A DNA stretch of 63,932 nucleotides, the filler included, from Diploschistes diacapsis (lineage: Eukaryota): NCBI GenBank assembly GCA_023645945.1. It is 4 parts of 4 records of this genome, joined end to end, with 100 filler letters (N's around TTAATTAATTAA, not from the genome) between each part and the next. Parts side by side here need not be neighbours in the genome. Positions count along the whole stretch, not along the records: positions 1 to 16,513 come from JALAIB010000503.1; positions 16,614 to 33,118 come from JALAIB010000504.1; 2 more parts are not named here. One strand, 5' to 3'. The translations under genes were made by a program, and so were the position numbers. Of the stretch, positions 11,268 to 23,636 are shown piece by piece (position 1 is the first letter of the stretch; each line of letters starts with the position of its first letter). Below the pieces are notes generated by a model, which made no database searches, was not told where the DNA came from, and saw nothing but the letters and a program-made list of their open reading frames with translations.

Positions 11268-12740
11268 ATGCATTTGATACGCCACTCTGCTCTTGTCTCT
11301 GTCGTACCTAGATTCCATTCATCTCGTCTTCCTACAGCTACATTAGCTTCTCGCAACATCGGAGCCACAAGAATGGTTTCCGGCGCTCTCACCAACACCA
11401 CGGTCATGGGCCAAAACGGCCGCAAGTACAAGCGGACGGACGCAATCAAGGTCGATCCCAGCAAACCGGAGCTCTTGAATGTCTATGTGGCAGAGTAAAT
11501 CCCTGCTCCCCTCCTCCTCCTTCTCCTCCTCTCTCCCACCCAAACCCCCAGCACTACACCCACAGATCCGACGATCCTTCCCAAACCATCCACAATGACA
11601 CGAGCGGTTGCTGACGCACGCGCGTAGGTCCGACGGCGAGCGCTTCGTCGCGAAGCGCGTTAACGAAGACACGTTCGCGAAGCTCCGGCTGCTGCGCTCG
11701 ACGTTCGCGGGCAGCCGGCATCTGCGGCTGCACGTGGACGAGAACGCAGCGGAGCTGGTCGTCGTGTACCCGCACATGGCGGCCAACCTGTTCGAGGTTG
11801 CGCGGGACTTCGGCGGCGGCGCGCACGTCAACGCGAGGGAGGACGTCGTGTGGGGCGCCGGCAAGGGCCTCGAGGAGCTGCACGCGGCGGGGTACGCGAT
11901 GTGGGGTGAGTTTTTGGCACCTTTTTTTTAGGGCAGTTGCCGAGAGAGAGATGGGGGGCTCGCCTTTTCGAAGGGACTGATCCTTCTTGACGTGGCTCGT
12001 AGCTGATCAGGGTTCTTGTGCTGACGTCAAGTCCAACAACATGCTCTGTAACTACGAAGCGGGCCGAGACGGACGGCCGAGGGTCACGAAAGCCCGTCTG
12101 AGCGACTTGGACTCTATCTACAACATGCGAGGCGCATGGCTCGTCCGGCCCAAGGAGGATCTGAGGCACGTCCGGTTCGGGAACCACAGGTGGCGCTCTG
12201 CGGAGATGCAGACCGGGCAGGGGGTTGGCCTCTTCTCGGACGTCACCTCCTTCGGATTGGTGGTGAGTGGGCTCCTGCTGCTGTCGACTCCCGCGGCGGT
12301 AGAGGAATGGCTACGCGGCTGACTGCAGTGCTTCCAGAATTTCTTCGCCGTGACCGGCGAGCTGCCCCTCGGCGACAACGACTTCGAGTCGATGACGAAG
12401 GAGCGGGGGGATTCCGGTTGACGAGCTTTGCTTGGTCCCAACGTTCGAGTTATTCGGGCCCCCTACGCACGCGTTCCTAGAGCACATCAAGGATGAGAAG
12501 TGGCAGGCGAAGCTGAAGGGAATAGCGGAGGAATTGGAAGCGTCGCTGGAGGCAGCTAAGAAGGCAGGTGATGTGGTCACATCGTTCGAAGATTGGGGCG
12601 TTAAAGAATACCCTGTCCTGACCCCGGAACGGCACAAGAGGCTGTCCATGATGCTCAAGATCACTCCAACAGACAGGGCAACCATGGCGGAGGTCATGAA
12701 GCATTCTTCGTGGAAGAGAATCCGAGCCCGGGACCGCTGA
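11268..12740 (+). CDS. Atypical fungal Ser/Thr protein kinase-like gene, 4 exons, carrying one frameshift (possible pseudogene)
   Basis: FVAKRV (subdomain II), GLEELH, DVKSNNML (catalytic loop), LSDLD (DFG position), GNHRWRSAE, SDVTSFGLV, MLKITPTDRATMAEV. Introns start at 11495, 11906 and 12263. An extra G in the G6 run at 12405-12410 breaks the frame. Confidence 0.8.
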
Positions 12741-14575
12741 TAACATGATAAAGTTTAAGGGAGCATAGAATATATAGAATGAAATCAACTTTTTTTCTAC
12801 AATCAAAGCCTCTCTCTCGAGACTAAAATCTTGGGAATCGATATCGCGAGGAGCTACGATACGATCTTGCAACAACAATTATTTTGAATTGCTCTCTAGA
12901 AGCCTCACATCTGCGAAAGCTTAAGACACTAAGGCGAGAGGCAAAATAAGCAAGAGAAACTCGGGAGATAGAAGGTAATAAAACGGATAACTATTCATCA
13001 GCAAGTCTGAAGTAGAAATTTGTCTTCATACGTGAAAGTCTAAGAAAAGCCCATAATGTACAATCTTGAAAGCTCGATATCTACAGGAACTTCAAGGCCC
13101 TTTAGTATGTACAGAAACCTGAATTATTTCTTCGCCCCGCTCTCTAAGACCTTCCATAATACCAAACGCCTTTACCCCGAGCCCAGTCTACGCACCACTC
13201 TCCATCTCCCACAACGAAGCGTGGTGAAGATGTTGATGTATTGCTTGATAGCGCGCTTATCGGGACTGATGGGGCTTGGTACTGGGCAGTTCCCTTGCGC
13301 CTAAGTCGATGGCGAAACGCCTTAGCTGTTTAAAAGCTGAAGCTTTTGGTGGCGACTTTGACTGCTTTTTGGGTCGCTCTATCGGAGTCATTTGCGAGGT
13401 CACGCCGCGAGTAGCAAGAAGGTGGGAAGAAGCAAATACTATCCGTCTCTTCATAATCAGTGGACCTCCTGTTCCTATCTTTCGACAGGTTTTGATCATT
13501 TAATGGTTGTTGCGAAATGATGTACCAGTCACACAAACTTAAGAATCTATTCTGATGAACCGGATCATCTTCCACAAAAAGCGAAGTCGAAAACCCAACA
13601 CAAATGCACCATGGCTCAGAAATGCCTTGTCCAAGGGTAGAAACAACGCAAACATGACTGCTTTGAAGGCCACACGACGTAACACAGTCGCGCTTCAAAC
13701 AGAGTTCTTGCCCGAAAGGCACCAAGGAGCAAAAGTTCCGAAATGCCGGCCACCCCCAAGTATAGGCCACTCATGTTCCGAAGTCACTTCGCTGACTCCT
13801 TCGATAGCTAAGAGTCATAACAGGGCAGATTCTCAACAGAAGAGAAGATCACGGACGATCCGGTGGCTCAAAGAGAACAGACATGCCGCCGCAGCCGTGT
13901 TTAGAGCATGCCAATGATCAGCGGCATCAAAGCTGGAGGGAGATGACCTTGGGTTGAAAATAGACCGGCCGCACTCAAAGCTTAGAAATAGCCCAACACG
14001 AGAATGAAGACGAAGGGTGAGGGAGTGGGTGAGCAGAGGCTCTTCAAGATGCCTCCAAAAGCGGCGGCATGCGCTATTCGTGGATCCGCAGGCACTGCAA
14101 CTGAAATTACAGACGGAATTTGAAACAGTAAGCATGGCAATGTATTTACATTTGCATGCAATACTTTAGACGCCGTGCTTCGAATACTAAGTGGTTGCGA
14201 TGAGCATCATTCATCCCAGAGCAGCTGCCTAGACTTTTTTGGCGCTGACCTTGTTGCTAAGAGTGCCTGTTCGGCTTACCCAATCAAGCACTCATATTCT
14301 CACATGTTGCGACTCAGCCCTAACGGATGCCACCTTCGGCTCACAGTTTCGTGGAGCAACCAGCGCTTAAATCTATTAAATGCAGTAATGCATGATTAAT
14401 TACAGTATCCCAAGGATGTCGAAGGTATCTCTCTGAAAGCTTTCGTGGCTTGTTTGACTAATCGAATTTTTACGAACTGCGGAGCCATCTCACGCAACTG
14501 ATTAAGGAGATATAGAGGTTTAAAGAAGCACGGAATGGTCATGCTCCTAACGACCAAGTATCTTGCTCTGGTGGC

Positions 14576-15744
14576 TTGGGTACTCATGCTCTTGTTGGGC
14601 TTAGCTGCATAGCGCCAAAAGGTTTGATAATGCTAAGCATTATTAACAAGACATCGTTCTTAAAGTCAGATGACCATTTTATATTGGATTTTAATGTCGT
14701 TTTCATTGTGCCTGGCATTATCACGTTCGTTGTGTACCGCGGGGCTGTCGCATGGGTGCTATGCATTCGACACAACGTTTTACCATCTGCAGCAGTCGCA
14801 GAAGCTCCGTTCGTTGTCAATCTTTTTTCTTTTCATAACATGGACCGACTTCGTCAAGCACTCTAAGTGATGTCCGCTGCTAGCGAGGATGATTTTAATA
14901 AACTATGAAATGAGGACAATATCCTCGGCGCCTATAAAATCTCTCTGGGATAACAAAACCTAGTGCACCGACGTTAACGCTGTTATTATTGCCGTTCGAA
15001 ACTCCATTCCACTTATTCGAAGTTTTATAAGCCAGCAAACCCATGTGGCCGTCGCTACCATGCCATACGTCGATGAGGATTTCCGATTTAGTAATATTCG
15101 CCTCTTAATACGTCAGCGTCTTAAGCTCTTATATTGATTTCGGGCGCTGTTGGCATATCGATCATTCGCCTTCGAATTCGATCAATGGCGGCATGGACAT
15201 AGAGAATCTCGATTATAAGCTATACTTCAGGACATTTCGAAGGTAAATAGTAAAAAAGAAGGAAGAGATTAATCGATACGTGAAACAGCAGAGCGTTCCA
15301 GACCTGATTGTCACTGCAATTATCCACGGTATCAAGATCCTTGTACTTAAATGGCTGAGTATAAGCGCAGGTATTTCAGTTTTACTGGCGATTGCGGCCC
15401 TGCGAACCTTCAAACGTTTAACGTATCCGAATGTCCAGGCCATCGCTGCCAAGTTGCATGCCAAAAAGGGCTGCGAAGATATTGCATCGATTCTGTCTTT
15501 CTGCGCATCTTTTCCTGACCACTGCCAGGAGCTTTACGACAAAGGTCCCAAGGGACGTACTCCACAAGACTTTCATGAGCGAACGCCTATCGAGCATGCG
15601 TGCGTAAGCAGCAATTCCATGTTGCATACACCAACGGATAGGATGAATGTTATGGACAGCCATCATCTAAACCATCAAAGCTCTCTACACACGAGGACTA
15701 GCCCTCTAGGCCCGATAGAAACTGCCATGCAACCCATCCTATAA
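14576..15744 (+). pseudogene. Decayed hypothetical gene
   Basis: Collinear protein-like fragments broken by stops, e.g. AIIHGIKILVLKWLSISAGISVLL..FKRL. No named domain recognised. Confidence 0.3.
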
Positions 15745-16315
15745 CCCGAATCAATAACCATGCCGACTGCTCCTGACGACTTCATGACTAATGTTCTGGA
15801 ATACGTTACGTACGAAAATGGCAACGGTGCCGATATAAATGCCATAGGAATCGCTGCCGACTCGGTTAATTTGCATTAGCTTGCTTCTAATCTTCACTTC
15901 CTAGTACCCGCAGGGTAGATTTTTAATACAACCGCGTCGCCTGGATTCGCATTTGACACGACTGGCTAAGAACCTTCGAGCTGAATGTGGGGGAAATCAA
16001 AATTTCAGCACCAATACATCAAGCGCAGGTTCGATGCGCGGCGCTTAAGCCTTGATCGGTATCCCAATCTTCATCTGCTTTTGATCGATGGCTGATTGGC
16101 CTTGAAGTATTTGAATAGGAACGAATGTTCGCTCGGAAGTCGTCAGAGGGCTCAGAAGTCAAACCCGAAGGAAATATCATGTGTCGGCAAATAGCCTTTA
16201 AGTTCCTAAGCGAAGCAGTAAGTAATAAATAAAAAATCTAACCTTAAAAAACTGAATAGGTTATTGGGGGTTGCACCCCCAAACCCCTGTTTTTTATTAT
16301 TATTGGAGATTACAT

Positions 16316-16513
16316 TAGGCTGGCCGTTTCGTGCCACGGTCATTGACACGGACACTGCAGCAAAATTTTTCAAAACACGGACATTAACACGGACACGACA
16401 GTTAAAATTTTAAAACACGGACACTAACACGGATACTATATTGTAATAAAAACACGGACACGGATATTATAATTAAAATTTTTAAAATATTAATATTAAT
16501 ATAGATATTATAC
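16316..16513. mobile_element. Terminus of a probable hAT-like DNA transposon with subterminal repeats, cut by the contig end
   Basis: Begins TAGGCTGGCCG, followed by about 7 ACACGGA(C/T)A motifs, mostly in pairs, decaying into AT-rich sequence up to the contig break. Confidence 0.55.
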
Positions 16514-16613
16514 NNNNNNNNNNNNNNNNNNNNNNNNNNNNNNNNNNNNNNNNNNNNTTAATTAATTAANNNNNNNNNNNNNNNNNNNNNNNNNNNNNNN
16601 NNNNNNNNNNNNN
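16514..16613. other. Artificial contig linker
   Basis: N44-TTAATTAATTAA-N44, which gives stops in all six frames. Confidence 0.99.
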
Positions 16614-16660
16614 GGGTGGGAGTGGGAGTGGGAGGCGGGGCCGCCATACCAAGAAGACAT
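16614..16660 (-). CDS. 5' end of a gene truncated by the contig edge (MSSWYGGPASHSHSH...)
   Basis: ATG at 16660 in a CAAAATG context, with a CA-rich leader and a TATATA box at ~16977-16985 on the minus strand. Confidence 0.4.
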
Positions 16661-17624
16661 TTTGGGGCTGGGTGGTTCTCGTGTGGTGGTGGCTGTTGTT
16701 ATCTTTGCGCTTGTGTTTGTGCCGCGATGGGAGTGGTATTTGGTAGTATAGGTGACAGAAATGAGGAGCGGTGAAGCTGTGAAGCCAGCTTAGCTGGTAG
16801 CAAGGCGGAAGCGGAGAAATCGATTGGGTAGGGAGCCGGTTCTTGACAGAAATTTTGGAGTTGGAAGGAAATGCTTCGCGCAAAGCAACGTCCAGAGCAA
16901 GGAATATAGCAGCTTCAGGTGGGAGAAGTTCGAAAGAAGAGGCTGGAAGGTCTGGGCCTTGGTTTGCTCTCAGCCCTATATATATCAATGCTCGGCTTGG
17001 CGAAGAGATGGGCCTTTTTCTGCACTGTAGATAGCCATCACTGCAGGAGAAAACTGAATCACTTGGACAAAAACCACAAGCCAGGCTCGCAGTTTTGAAA
17101 TTGATAATCCTCGCTTATATGATTCAATCTCTCCAGGGAGCCGTTTTCTGAGTCCTTGTTTCCTACCTCTCTGTATTTCTGCGCCTCTGTTTTTGGTCTC
17201 CAAAAGCATTATTTTTCGGCTGCATTTTCATAGCAGTCAGACTTTGAAACCCTGAAATGTAAAAGCCTTCGATAGATAGTTCGATGTCTCTGAAACCTCA
17301 TTTTTTCCGCCACTCTACGGTAAGCGCCGAGCGTGTTGGCGTTACCTAAAAACAGCGCAATATCTTGGAGCCTGGTGGCCGTCATTCAGTGAGAACTTAT
17401 TTCAGCGTTCAACAAAGGATGTAATCCAGTTAGCCTATGTTTTGAAGGGAACCTAATAGACGAAAAGATGCTGAGGTAGAGGGAACAAATGTAGACAGGG
17501 GCTTACGCCTCTTGAAGCAATCATGGTAAATGCTTTGACGCAACATCAAGCTTCACACTATCCATAGGATTGCCGACGATAAATCCAAAAAACTGCCACT
17601 CACTCCCCTACGAGATCCCATTTC

Positions 17625-17850
17625 GCTATGGAATCCTAAAACCCCTAGGCTTGTGGCCCCCAACAGGAAAGCGCCACCTGATCCCCTGCACGATGCATTC
17701 CCCTAGGGAATTTCTTACCTTGCGGGATCTAATTCCCTGATCAATCAACTCCCCTGCCAGATACGTAGCTATGGAAAAGTGCGGCACCATTTCCATATGG
17801 TATCCATCACCCTGGGGGTTTCGATCTCTTAAGGGCTTCAATCCTCTAGA
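17625..17850. repeat. Second, more decayed copy of the repeat family seen at 6758-7372
   Basis: ATCCCCTGCACGATGCATTCCCCTAGGG (17681-17708), ATTCCCTGATCAATCAACTCCCCTGC (17732-17757), and GGAAAGCGCCACCTGATCCC (17666-17685) compared with GGAAAGGCACCACCTAAATCCC (7118-7139). Confidence 0.6.
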
Positions 17851-18069
17851 ATATAATACGATGCTACTGTTCCGTAAAAGGGAACGACAAGATGATATGA
17901 TGGGAAATCCGCTTGCTTCTTCTCGAGCTCCGTCTCAGTCTTCTGTATATAAAATTCCCTTCATCAGATCCTTTATCCATTTCTTTTTTATAATGAATCC
18001 TTACCACCAACATCCAGCTCCAATAAATAACTTTTCGAAAGAGCCTACGCAAGGCACTGCGCTGTCTCT

Positions 18070-20873
18070 TTAATATCCGCCAAATCGGATCTTGTTCCAT
18101 CTTAGCCTTTTGTCGCGAAACGCTTGAAGATTTTGACCGCAGCTTTTGCATTGTTCTGTATACCGATTGAGCATTAGAACATGCTTCGGTCGTAGGCTTT
18201 TGGCAAGCTCGTAGGGTTTTCTCACCAACTGAGACTCGAAATCTTTTGGACAGTATTTCATCGCCATCGATGACCTCCTCACGTGGCTTTTTTTTTCCAG
18301 CTCTGGTATTTTACTGGCCGCCAGAAGAATATCTCTGTCGTCGATTGGAATAGGGTCATACACGCTAATAAGCTTCGCATGAACTAGAGAGAATACACTC
18401 ACCCTTTGAACTTGCGATGCCGCTCAGGCATCACGTCATCGATGCATTCTGATATCGGTAGGTCTTCTGATGGCTGCTTGTTTTTTCTACGTCTTTGGCA
18501 GATTCTGCCAACTTGACCTTGTCGTGCAACGGTTCGGATACTGCGCTTGGATCCTCCCGGTCTACCGCTGCTGCCATTAGGGTAGTTGCGGTTTCCAGAA
18601 TCATGCCAGGAGATTGTCCCGAAAGTCGGGATAGACTTTGTTCATCGTCTTGCTCGATATTGGTCACTGTTAAAAATAACGCCATTGTTAAAAATCCGGT
18701 GTAGAAGCTGCGGCTCTTGACTCCTTTTCCGGGATAACATCCGACGGCGATATATCTAGAGAGTGGGTTAAAAGCTTTCTCTGGGACTTCGGTTTTTGTG
18801 AAATTTTGTCTGTTCGCCGGAAGCCCCTGGAACTTTAATAGTAGTCGAAGGAGGCTTGTCTCTGAACTCAAGTGTTGCAACTCGAATTTTAACTGCCGCT
18901 AGCATTCACCCAAATCATTCTCACCACCACTCGTATCTGTGAATAACTCATGAGAGTTTGTCCCAATTGTCGTCATCATCGTCCGCCTCAGGGGTGTCGA
19001 AGTGTATCGTATTCTGTATCTTGCAAAGATGTAGCACCATAGGATCTAATTTCGAGATCTTGCACATGATGGAGAAGGTGCAGAATATCAATGGAACGAC
19101 GGCGCCCATATGGACTCGAACTCGGGGCGAGGAAGTCTTCGCCTTTTAACATTTGGTGAGTTCGAATTAGATGATTTTGCTTGATGTCATCTCGTGCTTA
19201 GTGATTTGGAGCCAGGAGGGCCTTTGGGGCTGGACGGGTTGAAGCCAGTAGGTTTGTGACCGAGAGGTGGCTTGGAGCCTGGATGCCCATGACCAGAATG
19301 TGACTTCCATCCTAGCGTTTTGAATCCAGATGCATTGGAACCTGGATGTTTCTGACCGGAATGTGGCTTTGAGCTTGGCGGTTTGGACCCAGACGGCTTG
19401 CGTGGGTGGTAAGGTCCCGCTGATCCAGCAATAGAAGAATTATCACTTGGCACTTCTGAATCTGCGTCAGATAGACATTTCCTGTCAAGTTCAGGGGGCC
19501 TCGTAGTAGTTAGTTGTCCTTTCAAGGTGCAAACGCAGTCCTATATGGCACAGTTCTCAACATCTTCACTTAGACGAGTTACTTTCTTTAGCATGACCTT
19601 GCTCGTATGGACTAATTGTGAAGCAGCCAATGCAGTCATTGAGAGACGTGATATTGCTACTCCGTGATAACAGGGCGTAAAGGCTGTGGGTTCGACGTGC
19701 TGCAGCCACAACTGTTATCATAGCTTGCCAGCTTAGGATTTACAGTTGTTGGATTGATTCAAAACCCAACCTACCTCCAGCCGTGTGCAACCCTCTGGAC
19801 AATTACCCTGTGATCCAACTGGTGGGCAAGACATGTGAGCCCTGGGTTCGTTGGAGAGCAGTCGCATTTCACTTAGAGAATGATCAGCTGGGTCTTTGGT
19901 AGGGCTATGCCTGTACAAAACTCACTTGATCATCAATCTTGTGCGATGGTAAGGGTCAACTGCCGGTGGCGGAGGGCCAATTGGTTGGCCGGGCGTTCCT
20001 CCACCACCAGAACGAGGAGACCCTGATGGTGGGGGTTTCCTTCCACCTCCACCTCCACCATTAGATTAGGAGAGCCCGAAGGCGGTGACCCCAAGCGGGG
20101 CGGTTTTCCACCACCCCCTACACCAAACGGAGAAGATCCTGAAGGTGGTGGTTTACCTCCACCTCCACCCCCGGAAGGCGGCGGCTTCCCAAGCCCCTCC
20201 TCCTAATAGTGGTGATCCTGAGAGCGACGGCTTACCTCCACCGCCACCTTCACCAGACGGGGGTAATCCTGAGGGTGGGTGGTTTTCTCCCACCTCCCCT
20301 ACCCGATGGAGGAGATCCTGGAGGCGGCGGTTTTGGCGTTCTAGGAGGCGGCGAACCAAGAGGCCCAGAGGGCGGAGGACGTGGACTTGGACGCGGAGGC
20401 CCTCGTAGTACTGTTATCCTCTTTCTACATGTCCTTAAATTAATGTCATGACAGTATGAGCCGTATGCTTGCAAAATCTTTTCATGCAATGGTTATCTGG
20501 AGACAGGGTATCTTTGCTTCCTGCCGACGGTGATTCCGATCCTGCAGTAATATCATTAGTATTAAGCTGGCGATAATAATTGCAAGCTACTAGCCCAGGA
20601 AGATACATACCTGGTAATTTATGCGACTTTGTGGTTGGGGAAGCCTCTCTTAGGACATTTACTTGAGCAAATCCTTCAGGTGTCACGTAGCCCATGAGAT
20701 TGTAACGACTAGTTGGGAAATCCTTGATCAATCTGTGAGGCGCCGATTGGCTCGGTCTGGACATCATGAACATTGAAACGGTCGGCAAAAGGAATGCTTA
20801 AGAATGAAGCAGGAATAGCGAAATGAATCAGTGTGTAAACGATGCATTGGAACAGAATGGCAAGTTAGAACAT
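18070..20873 (-). pseudogene. Decayed secreted Pro/Gly/Ser/Lys-repeat protein gene(s)
   Basis: ATG 20873 gives MF*LAILFQCIVYTLIHFAIPASFLS, signal-peptide-like with a probable CAA>TAA at codon 3. About 6 units of KPPPSGSPPSGGGGG at 20000-20345 and KPxGSKP repeats at 19190-19410. Multiple stops and frameshifts. The region could represent more than one gene. Confidence 0.5.
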
Positions 20874-22104
20874 GGTTAAAGTTGCAATATCTTCTTCGAT
20901 TATGATTCAGAAATTCGACGATACTGACAGCCTAGTCATACAAGAACTGTACAATGCTAGCGGGCTATGCTTCGACTGCATGTTGTGTGGCAAAATGGAG
21001 CCATAGCTGACGGAACGTCAGGCATAGAATCTCTGCATGTACTAGCGAAAAAGAATGAACTCAAAGAACGAACGAAAGCGAGGTCGGCGATCCCCAAAGG
21101 ATGCGTATAAGATTGTAGCATTAGTAATTTTCATCTTGGAGCAAAGCACGACCAGCCCCCTGTAAGAGATCAAGCTTAAGACGCTCTATTTTAGCCTACC
21201 AAGTACGCTGCAGCGTAGTTGAAGTCTGAAAGAAATTCGAAAGCTGAGACTCAAGAGAAATCCTCGTCATCATCCATGGTTCTGGCTCTAGGCACAGTCA
21301 TAGTAGAATATAATCCCAAAGTCATATGCGAATGCCGGGACAGTAAGGCTAAAGGCTTCATGTAACATTCATATAAGGGTGGGCGTGTAGTATAGTATAG
21401 TTGCAGTGCCCGGCCACCAGACAAATGGCTTCAATCGCCCCATTCCTAAGTCCGCTTAGTTAATAATATTTTCGTTCTGGCATAAAGCTCGCTCACCGCA
21501 AATAAACCGATATAGCCTTTCTTTCCTGGACCTAGCGAACGGACTATTGGATAATCTGATGCCAGATCTCGTCGGTATTGACTGAGAAAAGCAACAGGAC
21601 AACGAGGAGGCCCCATTCCCAGCCTCTACCTCCGTGGAAGCATTGTTGAGTCACAGCTTCCACCAAAATAAAGTTGCTAGGAAACAGAGCTGATGATTCA
21701 GCAAGAAAGGTCTGTACCCTTTACTTACTGCCTTCGTCCACTGATTCAGCTGTGGCAAGGCAAGGCAAGGGCGGGCCTATCGCAAACCAAATCTGATACT
21801 GAGAAAATGGGGGGACTTAATCTAAATAGTCTTCATGTAGTCATCATGTCGCTCATACAGCTAAAAATATACAACAACGCTGTGTGTGCGCAGCGTGGAT
21901 AGCTCCTCGATTGCAACAGCGCTAGTCAATATCATAGCACCATGCAATTTTACGAGGCTGAGATCTCCTTAGCCTGGCGCGAGGCAACATCCCCTGAAGT
22001 ACCTGAATGCTGATCGTAGAAATGCAGTTACCCTGGTTAAAACATGCTCTCCTCCCTCGTCGAGTATTGATCATAAGCGCATGCTTCTCACGTGGCCAAG
22101 AGCA

Positions 22105-23636
22105 ATGCTCGATTCAGAACCCTCCGGACTTCGCAGGATCTCGCAGCCCCAAATTCAAGGCTGCTCTGTGATCAATGCCACGCCAGCAAGGTGAAATGCC
22201 CCGGCAGAGGAATCTCTTGCCAAAGATGTGCCGAAAGCGGCTCTCCGTGTAATTACAGCATTGCAAGACGGCATGGAAAGCCAGCAGGGACTGGACATCG
22301 GAAGGCGCTGGAGAGACTCAATCTCCAGATAGAACAGGACGCGCGAAGACCACATGCCAGTGCTCATGCCGAAGACGACAATATCTCGCGCCCCAAAAGG
22401 TCAAGGAACGGAAACGACGGCGACCTTGGTGTGGCTATCTCGGCTTCCTCAAGCCACGATCTTGGGGGCTAATTCCAGCGAAGAAACGGAACTTGAGCAT
22501 GGAAACCAAGCAAACACAACCTTATTGATCAAGCCTCGCAGGTGTCTAATATGCAAGATCCTTGGACCTTGTTGCTTTTGGCAAATTCATCGAACATTGG
22601 TGGCACGCTATATGTCATACCTGGCCTCAGTCAAAATCTCCTCGACGATGACAAGTAGCGTTCTTTGACAAGTTGGAAGCACCAGCCTCTTATCCCGCCG
22701 ATTTTGACCTTCTGGATTTAAATAACGAGAAGAAAAATATAACGAGAAAGAGGTTCTAACGAAGAAGAAACTATACCTCGGAGAGCGAATACAGATGCTC
22801 TCGGGATGTGTACTACAATGTAAAGTCATAGCCACCTCAAATCCACTTGTTGTTATTAACCAAACGGGCAATCACGTACACCGAGCAGTTGTGCGACCTC
22901 CATCTCCAGTGCCTGCAGACTTGGGTATGTCTTATCCTGTCGACGCTTTCGATTTTAACAGTCACTCACAAATGGTTAGATCTATCACTCTCCGAGCACT
23001 CACGGTCCACACCATCTACACCGACAAAGCCCCATCGTTAGATGTCGTAGCTATGCGACCAGAAGAAACCGTCCATCCCAAAAACTCGCCCTTTGCCGCG
23101 CGCTGGCCGCCCACGACCTGCTCTTGCTCACAGAAATATGCCAATGCTCTGTGTAAACTCCAGGCTATTGAAAGCCGGCAGCGCCCCGTTCATACAGACA
23201 CCCTTCTTAGATGCACGAATCTGGTCGTGGAAACAATCGAGAGCCAATTCGAGTGCACTAAATGTTCATGCAATCCATACGCCGCAGTGCATCTCGTTAT
23301 GGTCTTCCAGATATTCTCCACCTGGTTCCCAGATCAATGCTGCTACCCTTTCAGAGTCGGCAATCTCGAATTCCGCATCACGTTCTGCCAGCATCGGTTG
23401 ACCGATGAGGAAACAAGATTTGGTCAGCGCCGACCTCGTGTTCAGGGCGATTTCGAGAGTTGCCAGTTACCGAAAAAGCGCGGTTGCAAGAATCGAAATG
23501 GTGAACAGCAACTATAAAGGAAAGCCGTCCGAAGGGACCTGAAAGAGGGGATTTCTGGAATGCGGGCAGGCAGATCCATTCTTTAGCGCAACGCTTCGAA
23601 GGCATCGTCAAGCGGCTTGAAGTGCAGCGTACATAG
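22105..23636 (+). pseudogene. AflR-like Zn(II)2Cys6 transcription factor, frameshifted
   Basis: CDQCHASKVKCPGRGISCQRCAESGSPCNYSIARRHGKP. C-terminal CSC...DTLLRCTNLVVETIESQFECTKCSC..HLVMVFQIFSTW resembles AflR-type regulators. Frame breaks at ~22147-22166, ~22470 and ~23418, with further stops. Confidence 0.8.

Noticed and set aside
13050..14400. Several overlapping 70-150-aa ORFs; considered a Starship captain or KDZ transposase relic
   Set aside because: No recognisable conserved motif on either strand, and even the coding strand could not be fixed.
16558..16569. Recurrent TTAATTAATTAA motif as a biological element
   Set aside because: It is always embedded in exactly 44+44 N and is a synthetic six-frame stop linker.
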